A program made the translations under genes and the position numbers. From positions 1,260,001 to 1,292,000 of the forward strand of contig NZ_CP011391.1 of the NCBI RefSeq assembly GCF_001564455.1: a stretch of DNA of 32,000 nucleotides, in the 5' to 3' direction. Shown in pieces: positions 7,446-15,120 of this stretch. The stretch comes from Faecalibaculum rodentium (GTDB lineage Bacteria; Bacillota_I; Bacilli_A; Erysipelotrichales; Erysipelotrichaceae). The first letter of the stretch is position 1. The number at the start of each line of letters is the position of its first letter. Below the pieces are notes generated by a model. That model saw only the letters and a program-made list of their open reading frames with translations, ran no database searches and was not told where the DNA came from.

Positions 7446-8123
7446 TTACCCGGCATGTTTCAGCCAGCAGATTTCTTCCGGACAAATCACCATCCCCAGT
7501 TTCTGCTGCAGTGACACAGCAGCCAGATTGGATTCAGGTATATGTGCATAGGGAATGATTCCATTGTCCATCAGGTGACCGATCAGTGCCGCTTCCAGGG
7601 CCAGGCCATGGCCCTGCCGCCTGTTGCATTCAGGAATGAACAGGAGATTCATCCGTCCGGCCTGACTGATTCCGCAGTATCCAATGCACTGTCTGCTGTC
7701 AAAGCCGGCATACAGCCTGTTCTCCGCCATTGCGTTCAGCAGTTCTTGTTCTGAAAACAGCGGACAGTGTTCCTTCAGAAACTGGACATCCGCAAGTTCT
7801 GCCTGCTCAAGATGAACAGCCGGAATTCCGGGGTGATCCCCTGTCCAGACAGCCTGAAGAAATCCCCGTTTGATTTCCCAGTCTGTCATGTCCTCGAATG
7901 CAGAACAGCAGGCATCCCTGAGAACCAGGACGTTCATGCCCGGTTGCCGGTGCCGCTCGAGCCACACGGCAGCCTGACCGGTATCCTCTGTATCCAGGAT
8001 CCAGATCCCGGTTTTTCTGTCAGACAGCAGAATCCCTGTATCATCTTCTTCCAGGATGCATGACTGCGGACAGGTCATTGCTGCATAGAGGGGGGTCTGT
8101 ATACTGTAGGGCGAAAATTTCAT
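7446..8123 (-). CDS. GNAT family N-acetyltransferase (225 aa) with N-terminal extension
   Basis: Track ORF starts at GTG 8135. ATG 8123 overlaps the upstream stop (ATGA). The C-terminal half (GYCGISQAGRMNLLFIPECNRRQGHGLALEAALIGHLMDNGIIPYAHIPESNLAAVSLQQKLG) fits the acetyl-CoA-binding core of GNATs. Confidence 0.8.
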   Translation of the reverse strand: MKFSPYSIQTPLYAAMTCPQSCILEEDDTGILLSDRKTGIWILDTEDTGQAAVWLERHRQPGMNVLVLRDACCSAFEDMTDWEIKRGFLQAVWTGDHPGIPAVHLEQAELADVQFLKEHCPLFSEQELLNAMAENRLYAGFDSRQCIGYCGISQAGRMNLLFIPECNRRQGHGLALEAALIGHLMDNGIIPYAHIPESNLAAVSLQQKLGMVICPEEICWLKHAG

Positions 8124-8971
8124 AGGCGTGAACACTTCGTTTCGACGACGTCTTTCCGCAACGTCCTCGGGCCGGATACACGAAACATGATGGTATAGTC
8201 TCTGGGTGTTTTTTTCATGACCTGGCCCTGTCCGATGGCCGGATGCATCAGCCAGTCTCCCACACTGAACACTGTTTTTTTCGGATTTGGTCCAACATGA
8301 AAATCCTTTTTTGGTGTCAGCTTCACTTCGTCAAGATCAGAGACCAGAAACAGGCGGGAAAACTCCTCAAATGTCATGTTTTTCTTCAGCCGTGACTGGG
8401 TGAGAAGGGATTTCGTAATGGCACAGGCGCGTGCCTGACAGTTTCCGTCGCTGCCGGCGAATTCAATGTCCGAGAAAGCGTCTGCATCCAGAAGAACTCT
8501 CTGGAGGTTGTTTTCCAGGACAGCCATGGCATAGATCCAAGTATAAAACAGAAAATCCGGAGAAGCCGGATACAGCTCCCCTTCCAGGGAATAGGCCTCC
8601 AGTTTTCCGGTAGTCCGCGGATCCTGTTTGGCAGACAGGGGATCGGTCCCCAGCAGGTCGTAATAGGGACCTCCCTGCTCCAGGACCTTGCTGGCCTGCA
8701 CAATGTTTTCCACAGGGAATTCTTTATTCAGACTGTATAAGGTCCTGGTCAGATTGAACGGAGACAGACGCCGGCCTGTATCCTCGGGACTTTTTGTGGA
8801 AACCTCCAGCAGTCTGGCATCGGGATGGTCCAGGGACCAGGCATCCTGCAGGGCCTTGACATTTTTCATTTTCTGTAACGCAGACTGACCGGGATGGAAC
8901 TCGAATTCCACCGGTACCTTCCGGTAATAGGGTTTGTGCTCACTTGGTATAAAAACAGTTCTGGTTGTCAT
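8120..8971 (-). CDS. hypothetical protein (283 aa): unrecognised ~210-aa N-terminal domain + C-terminal PcrA/UvrD-type Tudor-like segment
   Basis: Track ORF with protein-like composition. C-terminus GDWLMHPAIGQGQVMKKTPRDYTIMFRVSGPRTL resembles the small Tudor/DUF3553-type domain at the C-terminus of PcrA/UvrD. The N-terminal domain is not recognised. No SD; TACAAT lies 6 nt upstream of the ATG. Confidence 0.75.
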   Translation of the reverse strand: MTTRTVFIPSEHKPYYRKVPVEFEFHPGQSALQKMKNVKALQDAWSLDHPDARLLEVSTKSPEDTGRRLSPFNLTRTLYSLNKEFPVENIVQASKVLEQGGPYYDLLGTDPLSAKQDPRTTGKLEAYSLEGELYPASPDFLFYTWIYAMAVLENNLQRVLLDADAFSDIEFAGSDGNCQARACAITKSLLTQSRLKKNMTFEEFSRLFLVSDLDEVKLTPKKDFHVGPNPKKTVFSVGDWLMHPAIGQGQVMKKTPRDYTIMFRVSGPRTLRKDVVETKCSRL

Positions 8972-9081
8972 GCCTGTATTGTACCTGTCATCGTCCGGAC
9001 TCTCCTGCAGAGATGCCTGAGTCGTCTGGATGCCTGAGACAAACCTGTATCCGTCCGCGTGGTCTGCATTGACCGGGAACA

Positions 9082-9124
9082 GAAAAAGGACACCACCGTC
9101 TCCAGACAGGAAACAGCGATGTCC
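9082..9124 (-). terminator. possible terminator after EF-G paralog
   Basis: Minus strand GGACA-(27 nt with an internal imperfect stem)-TGTCC followed by TTTTTCTGTT. Confidence 0.4.
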
Positions 9125-9142
9125 TCAATCCACTGCCTTCAA

Positions 9143-11206
9143 TCAGGCAGTTTCGATAATACGTTTTGCCAGACTCTCGGGAACAGGATCATACCGGTCC
9201 ATGGACAGTGTATAGCGTCCAAGTCCCTGTGTCATGCTCCGCAGATCCACCGAGTATTTTGCAAGTTCCGCCATGGGGACCTGTGCCTCGATGACCTGAA
9301 GGTCATCTTCCGGGGTCATGGACAGGATGGCGCCGCGTCGCTTGTTGAGATCACCCAGGATCGTGCCCGTATATTCATCCGGGACCGTCACGGTCACATT
9401 CATAATCGGCTCCAGCAGAATGGGGGCACATTTTGCCATGGCATCCTTGTAGGCAAGTCTTGCAGCCATCTTGAACGCCATTTCCGAGGAATCGACGTCA
9501 TGATACTTGCCGTCCAGCAGCGTGGTTTTCACGTTGACCATCTTGTATTTCGCCAGCGGACCTTCCTGTACGCATTCCCGCAGACCGGTTTCAACCGCCG
9601 GGAAATACTGTCTGGGAACAGCCCCGCCGAATACCTTTTCGGCAAATTCCATCTCTTCTTTGTCTTCATTTGGTGCAAATTCCACAAAGACATGACCGAA
9701 CTGACCATGGCCACCGGACTGCTTCTTGTGTCTTCCCTCGCCCACTGCAGATTTCGTGATGGTCTCCCGGTAGGTGATTTTCGGGTTCTGCAGCGTGACT
9801 CCGGTTTTGAACTTGGTCTGGAGTTTGTTCACGATCACTTCCAGGTGCTGGTCGCCGATACCGTAAATCACAGTCTCTCTGGTTTCCGGATTCACCACAA
9901 CCCGGAACGTCGGATCCTCTTCCTGGATCCGGTTGAGACTGCCGGACAGTTTGTCTTCGTCGTTTTTGGTCTTCGCGTTGACTGCCTGCCCGTACAGCGG
10001 TTCCTCAAACACAATGGGATCCGCCATGAGCAGCTTGCCCTTGGCGCAGAGTGTGTCGTTGGTATGGGTTTCCTGGAGCTTGGTGATGGCACCGATGTCA
10101 CCGGTAAACAGCTTGCCGGCCGCCGTCTGGTGTTTGCCCTTGATGGTGAAAATGGTGCCGATTTTCTCCGGCTTGCCGTTGTTTGCGTTGACCATCGTGG
10201 TATCGGAATTCAGCGTTCCAGACAGAACCTTCACATAGGAAATACGGCCGACAAAGGGATCCACGATCGTCTTGAAGACCTGCGCCGTCGGCACCTCCTC
10301 CTCGGTGGTCAGAAGATCGACCTTCACACCATTGGGTGTGGTGGCTGTGAAAATGCCCTTTTCGGAATACGTCGGGAAATAGGTGGAAATCAGATCCATC
10401 AGCCGCCCGATGCCGCGGGATTCAATGGCAGCACCCGAGAAAACCGGTATGATTTCGCCGGACCGGACACCGATGCGCACCCCTTTGGTAAGCTCTGCAT
10501 CCGTGAACGGTTCTCCGGAGAAGAACTTTTCCATCAGTTCGTCATCGCCCATCGCCACCGCTTCCGCGATCTGGTCCTTGTACATGGAGATTTCCTCTTC
10601 CATCTCCGCCGGGACCGGCTGTGCAACAGAATCGCTGGCCTTCGGCCCATGGTGGTACCAGGCCTTGTTCCGCAGAATGTTCACAGTTCCCACATAGACA
10701 CCGTTCTCGATGATCGGAACCTCGAAGGGAATGACGGATTTGCCGAAGGCTTCATGCAGCCTGGTGTAGGCATCTTCGAAGCTGGTGTGTTCTTCGTCCA
10801 GCTTGTTGATGAAGAAAATAGCCGGTTTCTTTGCATCCTGCGCTTCCTTGAAGGCGATCCGGGTGCCGGGCTGGAGGGGATCTTTGGCGTCCACCACAAT
10901 AAGTACCGAATCACCGACGGCCATGCCCGCCTGTTTTTCACCGGTGAAATCCAGGTAGCCCGGGGTGTCGATGAAGTTGATTTTGCAGTCATCCCATTCG
11001 ATGGGAACAATGGAAGTGTATACGGACAGACCTCGGCGGATCTCCTCTGCATCAAAGTCAATCAGGCTGGACCCATCGCTGGTGCGGCCGAAGCGGTCAG
11101 TGGCATCTGTATAGTAGAGCATGGCTTCCAGGACCGATGTTTTCCCGGAACCGGAATGGCCGGCAACGGTTACGTTGCGGACCTCGCTGCTTTTGTAGTC
11201 TCTCAT
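9143..11206 (-). CDS. elongation factor G family GTPase, EF-G2-like paralog (687 aa)
   Basis: AGGAG RBS. G1 AGHSGSGKTS, G3 DTPGYLDF, G4 NKLD. Domain IV/V signatures KKQSGGHGQFGHV, GKYHDVDSSE, LLEPIM. Not in a str-operon context (no rpsL/rpsG/tuf nearby). The 962-aa plus-strand track ORF is its antisense shadow. Confidence 0.9.
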   Translation of the reverse strand: MRDYKSSEVRNVTVAGHSGSGKTSVLEAMLYYTDATDRFGRTSDGSSLIDFDAEEIRRGLSVYTSIVPIEWDDCKINFIDTPGYLDFTGEKQAGMAVGDSVLIVVDAKDPLQPGTRIAFKEAQDAKKPAIFFINKLDEEHTSFEDAYTRLHEAFGKSVIPFEVPIIENGVYVGTVNILRNKAWYHHGPKASDSVAQPVPAEMEEEISMYKDQIAEAVAMGDDELMEKFFSGEPFTDAELTKGVRIGVRSGEIIPVFSGAAIESRGIGRLMDLISTYFPTYSEKGIFTATTPNGVKVDLLTTEEEVPTAQVFKTIVDPFVGRISYVKVLSGTLNSDTTMVNANNGKPEKIGTIFTIKGKHQTAAGKLFTGDIGAITKLQETHTNDTLCAKGKLLMADPIVFEEPLYGQAVNAKTKNDEDKLSGSLNRIQEEDPTFRVVVNPETRETVIYGIGDQHLEVIVNKLQTKFKTGVTLQNPKITYRETITKSAVGEGRHKKQSGGHGQFGHVFVEFAPNEDKEEMEFAEKVFGGAVPRQYFPAVETGLRECVQEGPLAKYKMVNVKTTLLDGKYHDVDSSEMAFKMAARLAYKDAMAKCAPILLEPIMNVTVTVPDEYTGTILGDLNKRRGAILSMTPEDDLQVIEAQVPMAELAKYSVDLRSMTQGLGRYTLSMDRYDPVPESLAKRIIETA

Positions 11207-11227
11207 TCCTTTTCTCCTGTCTTTGTA

Positions 11228-11899
11228 TTATCTGAGGATGGGTTCCAGCTGAGCACGGCAGTGTTCACGGACATAGTCCAGAGCTACATTGCCCTGTTTG
11301 TCTTCCATATCCTTGTCGGCACCGAACGCCAGAAGCTTTTCCACCAGGGAGGGATAGCCGCCGTAGGCAGCGCGCATGAGAGCTGTGCAGCCGTTGTTGT
11401 CAAACAGGTTTACATCTGCGTTGCGTTCCAGAAGCATGGCGATGGTATCACGCTTGAAGGCGATGCAGGCTTCCATCAAAGCCGTCCGGCCGGCTTCATC
11501 CTGCGCATTGATGTCGGCACCTGCATCCAGGAGCACTTCCACACAGCGGTCCTGGCCCAGCAGTGCTGCGCGCATGAGAGCTGTCCGTCCATTGTCGTCC
11601 TTCGCGTTTACATCCGCTCCGGCATCCAGGAGAGCCCTGCAGATGGTTTTGTTTCCTTTTTTCGCAGCTGCCATCAGAGCTGTTTTCCCTTTGTTGTCAG
11701 CAGCATTGACATCTGCACCATTGTCCAGCAGGACCTGCACCACATCTTTTCTGTCACGCTTTGCAGACCGCATCAGGGCTGTCCGTCCTTCTCCGTTTGC
11801 GTAATTGACATCCGCACCTGTCCGGATCTGGCTGCAGACCATCGGGAAATCTCCGTTGGCTGCTGCATCCCAGAAAACTTTGTTGAAATTCTGATCCAT
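11228..11899 (-). CDS. ankyrin-repeat protein (about 6 repeats, 223 aa, no signal peptide)
   Basis: 33-aa periodicity: GRTALMRSAKRDRKDVVQVLLDNGADVNAADNK / GKTALMAAAKKGNKTICRALLDAGADVNAKDDN / GRTALMRAALLGQDRCVEVLLDAGADINAQDEA, and so on. GGGAGG RBS. The stop is 21 nt before the EF-G paralog ATG. Confidence 0.9.
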   Translation of the reverse strand: MDQNFNKVFWDAAANGDFPMVCSQIRTGADVNYANGEGRTALMRSAKRDRKDVVQVLLDNGADVNAADNKGKTALMAAAKKGNKTICRALLDAGADVNAKDDNGRTALMRAALLGQDRCVEVLLDAGADINAQDEAGRTALMEACIAFKRDTIAMLLERNADVNLFDNNGCTALMRAAYGGYPSLVEKLLAFGADKDMEDKQGNVALDYVREHCRAQLEPILR

Positions 11900-11944
11900 A
11901 GTTTTTTCCTCCCTGTTTCATGGTATGACTGGATTCATTGTCAG

Positions 11945-11976
11945 TAAGAAAAACTGAGATGCATTGACACCTCAGT
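11945..11976 (-). terminator. intrinsic terminator (attenuator) between leader ORF and ankyrin gene
   Basis: Minus strand ACTGAGGTG-TCAATG-CATCTCAGT (9 bp including one G-U pair) followed by TTTTCTT. It begins directly after the leader ORF stop codon. Confidence 0.6.
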
Positions 11977-12042
11977 TCAAAGAACCGTCGGAAGACGGCG
12001 GCAATCGGTTTTTGTTCCATAGAAGAGAATGCTTTTCTGCAT
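11977..12042 (-). CDS. candidate 21-aa leader peptide MQKSILFYGTKTDCRRLPTVL
   Basis: Below the track cutoff. AGGAAGGAGG sits 8 nt upstream of ATG 12042. The TGA (11979-11977) abuts the terminator stem. Confidence 0.4.
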   Translation of the reverse strand: MQKSILFYGTKTDCRRLPTVL

Positions 12043-12071
12043 GTTCACCGCCTCCTTCCTGAGCCGCTTTC

Positions 12072-12100
12072 ATCATAAGTTCCGTAAGGGCTTTCGGCAA
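12072..12100 (-). promoter_or_regulatory. candidate promoter of leader/ankyrin/EF-G-paralog operon (TTGCCG-17-TATGAT)
   Basis: Minus strand: -35 at 12100-12095, 17-nt spacer, -10 at 12077-12072. Located about 10-20 nt upstream of the leader RBS. Confidence 0.5.
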
Positions 12101-12226
12101 ATCAAGGGCGAACATGGACAGATTTTGAACCGTTCTGGACAGAAAAACCACAGAATATTTCCGGAATGTAAGCGGATACGCAGAGTTTACATCCCTGTTT
12201 CATGCATAGAACCGCATCACGGCACG

Positions 12227-12284
12227 AAAAAAGACAGGAACGAACTGGGACCTGTGGTTCCTCTTTGCTTCTTTGCTTCCTGTC
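12227..12284 (-). terminator. terminator after SDR gene
   Basis: Minus strand GACAGGAA-(loop with inner stem GGAACC/GGTCCC)-TTCCTGTC followed by TTTTTT. Confidence 0.65.
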
Positions 12285-12298
12285 TCAAAAAGTACTGC

Positions 12299-13024
12299 CT
12301 ATACCTGTGTGGCACCATCCACGGGAAGGATCGCTCCGGTGATGTATCCGGCTTCGTCAGATGCCAGAAACAGGAATGCATGGGCGATATCCGAGGGTTC
12401 CCCTACACGCCGCAGAGGGATGCCCTGCGAAATCCGCTCCACCATTTCTTCCGGAAGAGCCCGTACCATATCGGTGGCTGTTACACCCGGCGCCACTGCA
12501 TTGACACGAATGTTGAAGGGTCCCAGCTCCCGTGCCAGGGATTTTGTCATGCCGTTGACTGCCCATTTGGACACAGGATAGGCCACACCCGCCGGCTGGC
12601 CATAGGTGCCGACCATGGAGCTTGTATTCAGGATCACGCCGTGTCCCTGGTCTTTCATGATCACAGCCGCTGCCTGGGAGCAGACATACGGAGCGGTTAC
12701 GTTGAGCCGCATGATTCTGTCAAAGCGTTCCAGATCATAGTCGAGAAACGGCTGGCGGTCGGAGATGCCGGCATTGTTGATCAGAACATCCAGGGATCCT
12801 CTTGTCTCCGCGATTTGACGGAAATCCCGGCGAATGGCTTCTTCATCTGTCAGATCCGTCCATTTCCCTTCCACTTCCAGGCCATCCAGCTGTGCCAGGG
12901 CTTTGTCCACGGTTTCCTTTCGTGAACCGTAAAACACGACATGGTATCCGTTTTCTGCAAACAGGCGAACGGTTTCCAGACCGATGCCGCGGGTTCCTCC
13001 AGTAATGACTGCTGTTTTGGACAT
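12299..13024 (-). CDS. SDR family oxidoreductase (FabG-like, 241 aa)
   Basis: Track ORF 12299..13099. I prefer ATG 13024 (AAGGAGG RBS), giving MSKTAVITGGTRGIGLE (TGxxxGIG). NNAG motif, catalytic S...YxxxK (YPVSK). The plus-strand ORF 12029..12925 is a shadow. Confidence 0.9.
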   Translation of the reverse strand: MSKTAVITGGTRGIGLETVRLFAENGYHVVFYGSRKETVDKALAQLDGLEVEGKWTDLTDEEAIRRDFRQIAETRGSLDVLINNAGISDRQPFLDYDLERFDRIMRLNVTAPYVCSQAAAVIMKDQGHGVILNTSSMVGTYGQPAGVAYPVSKWAVNGMTKSLARELGPFNIRVNAVAPGVTATDMVRALPEEMVERISQGIPLRRVGEPSDIAHAFLFLASDEAGYITGAILPVDGATQV

Positions 13025-13275
13025 ACTTGATTCGTCCTCCTTTGAGTGTCTCTTACATAGTAGCAGGTTGCCCCTGCCTTTGAATACATCTGGTCTCATC
13101 AGGACCCGGTCCGTGGACCATCTCCTCTGTCCGGATCATCAGACAGTTCCATTCCTCTGTCTGTGACAGAATCCTGTTTTTGTTTACAGACAATTTGTTT
13201 GGTTTTGCATGTTTCATCCTGTGAGTCCCTTGTTTCTGTTTGATGATTTCCTATAATCAAATCGGTGATAAAGAT

Positions 13276-14070
13276 ATGACATTGCAAAAAGAAACTGGTC
13301 AGCCAGTCAGGATCGCATTTTTCGACATCGATGGCACCCTGCTGCCATTCCGTCAGACACAACTCAGCCCCGGACATGCCGAAGCCCTCCGGCAGCTTCA
13401 AAAACAGGGTATTCTAGTCGTTGCGGCATCCGGCCGTCCTCCGTACATCATTCCGGACTTTGGCTTTGACGCACGCATCGCCTTCAATGGGGCTCTGGCT
13501 GTCACGAAAGACGGAGAGATCGCATATGAAAATGCCATTGAGCAGCCCCTGCTCGCGAAAGTATACCGGTTCCTGTCAGATCACGGCATCGGCATGATTC
13601 TGGCGGGAGAAACCAGCATGGGTGCCGACCGATATGATCAGAAACTGCAGGATTACCTGAGTCTTGCCAGTCAGAAAGTCGTCCCGGATCCCGGGTTCAT
13701 GGTCCGGCTCTCGCAGCCTTGTCTGCAGGTTATTGCTGCGGTTCCGGGAGAACTCCGGGAGCAGATGCGGCGGGAAATACCGGAACTTGAAATCTTTGGA
13801 TGGCATCCGCTTGGTGTGGACATCACCTCCAGCGGTGTGTCCAAAGGAGAGGCCCTGAAGGCAGTCTGCAGCTGGTATGGCATTCCGATTTCCCAGTCCA
13901 TCGCGTTTGGGGATGCGATGAATGACAAAGAACTGCTCGAAGCAGCCGGGATCGCCGTGGCCATGGGCAATGCACAGGAGGATCTGAAACAGATTGCGGA
14001 TACAGTCACAGAACCGGTGGAGGAAGACGGGATCTGGACGGAGCTTAAGCGCCGAAATCTGGTCTCGTGA
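13276..14070 (+). CDS. Cof-type HAD-IIB family hydrolase
   Basis: Track ORF starts at TTG 13240, but TATAAT at 13251-13256 lies inside that extension, so ATG 13276 is preferred. Motifs FFDIDGTLL, SGRP, GVSKG, FGDAMNDKELL. Confidence 0.88.
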   Translation: MTLQKETGQPVRIAFFDIDGTLLPFRQTQLSPGHAEALRQLQKQGILVVAASGRPPYIIPDFGFDARIAFNGALAVTKDGEIAYENAIEQPLLAKVYRFLSDHGIGMILAGETSMGADRYDQKLQDYLSLASQKVVPDPGFMVRLSQPCLQVIAAVPGELREQMRREIPELEIFGWHPLGVDITSSGVSKGEALKAVCSWYGIPISQSIAFGDAMNDKELLEAAGIAVAMGNAQEDLKQIADTVTEPVEEDGIWTELKRRNLVS

Positions 14071-14142
14071 CCAGGATACTGTACGAACAGCGTCACACTC
14101 GTCCATGGCTGTCAGCGATGATGCCTGACCACCCGATCCCGT

Positions 14143-14188
14143 AAAACAAAAAGAAACAGGGACTTCTCCGTCGGTGGGTCCCTGTTTT
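14143..14188. terminator. bidirectional terminator between HAD and gpmA
   Basis: AAACAGGGAC-(14 nt)-GTCCCTGTTT, flanked by an A-rich run upstream (T-rich on the minus strand: CTTTTTGTTTT) and TTTTAA downstream. Confidence 0.75.
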
Positions 14189-14195
14189 AACTGTT

Positions 14196-14945
14196 CTATT
14201 CTTTTGCCTTGCCCTGGTTCTTTACGGCTTCTTCCCTGGCGCGAATGACCTCGGGATCCCCGAGATAATAGTGTCTCAGAGGATTCATATCGTCATCCAG
14301 CTCATATACCAGCGGAACGCCGGTTGGGATATCCAGTCCTGCAATGTCGTCATCGCTGATGTGATCCAGGAATTTGACAAGGGCCCGAAGTGAGTTTCCG
14401 TGGGCTGCAATCACAACGTTCTTCCCTGCCTTGATCTCAGGCACAATATCGGACTCAAAGAACGGCACAACCCGGCGGACGGTATCCTTCAGAGATTCCC
14501 CCAGCGGAAGTTCATCTGCAGGCACGCCTTTGTAAAGAGGATCCAGGACCGGATTCCGCTTGTCGTCAGAATCCAGCAGAGGGGGCCGTACATCCCAGCT
14601 GCGTCTCCATTCATGGACCTGCTCATCTCCGTATTTTGCAGCCGTTTCGGCTTTGTTCAGACCCTGCAGCGCACCATAGTGTCTCTCGTTCAGTTTCCAG
14701 CTGCGGGTTACGGGGATATCAGTTTCCCCGAGTTCGAGAAGTACACCATCCAGCGTATGATTTGCACGTTTCAGCACGGAGGTATAGGCCTTGTCGAAAG
14801 AATATCCCTGGTTTTTGAGCAGCTGTCCTGCCTGCCGGGCTTCTTCCCTTCCCTTCTGACTGAGTTCCACATCGGTCCAGCCAGTAAACCGGTTTTCTTT
14901 GTTCCATTCGGATTCGCCATGGCGAATCAGCACGAGTTTTTTCAT
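14196..14945 (-). CDS. gpmA: 2,3-bisphosphoglycerate-dependent phosphoglycerate mutase
   Basis: [32 protein letters not shown] (RHGE catalytic His motif), ...[12 protein letters not shown]; 249 aa. Confidence 0.97.
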   Translation of the reverse strand: MKKLVLIRHGESEWNKENRFTGWTDVELSQKGREEARQAGQLLKNQGYSFDKAYTSVLKRANHTLDGVLLELGETDIPVTRSWKLNERHYGALQGLNKAETAAKYGDEQVHEWRRSWDVRPPLLDSDDKRNPVLDPLYKGVPADELPLGESLKDTVRRVVPFFESDIVPEIKAGKNVVIAAHGNSLRALVKFLDHISDDDIAGLDIPTGVPLVYELDDDMNPLRHYYLGDPEVIRAREEAVKNQGKAKE

Positions 14946-15015
14946 CGTCGGTTCTCGCTTTCTGTCGTGCAGTCTGCACGATTATCGTTAGTGATAACTA
15001 ACTTACAGGTATATG

Positions 15016-15068
15016 ATACAGAAAACGGCAGGCTCCGGTCAACTCAAAAGCGCCGAGGCCTGCCGTTT
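15016..15068 (-). terminator. terminator after rnr
   Basis: Minus strand AAACGGCAGGC-(24 nt)-GCCTGCCGTTT (11 bp) followed by TCTGTAT (TTTT including the stem end). Confidence 0.7.
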
Positions 15069-15120
15069 ATGATGCTGTTGAGTTTTTGCAGCAGGTGGTC
15101 AGCCGATGCTGTCAGACTTC

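Noticed and set aside
11228-11899. 99-bp periodic repeats, considered as a CRISPR-like or tandem DNA repeat
   Set aside because: The periodicity is the 33-codon ankyrin repeat of an intact ORF. The units are divergent at the DNA level and there is no spacer-repeat architecture.
9059-11947. 962-aa plus-strand ORF spanning the EF-G paralog and ankyrin genes. Similar long plus-strand ORFs: 492..1907, 4855..6387, 6531..7424, 12029..12925, 14400..15140, 15106..16164, 17553..18284, 20016..20711, 20708..21487, 22438..23703, 25886..27610.
   Set aside because: Each lies antisense to a minus-strand gene with unmistakable family motifs (valS, ptsI, ECF-S, SDR, gpmA, rnr, HAD, rlmB, mrnC/cysS, gap, pgcA). 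Their translations are compositionally odd (rich in H, R, G, C, F), lack RBSs, and run across gene boundaries. They are stop-poor shadow frames caused by codon bias.
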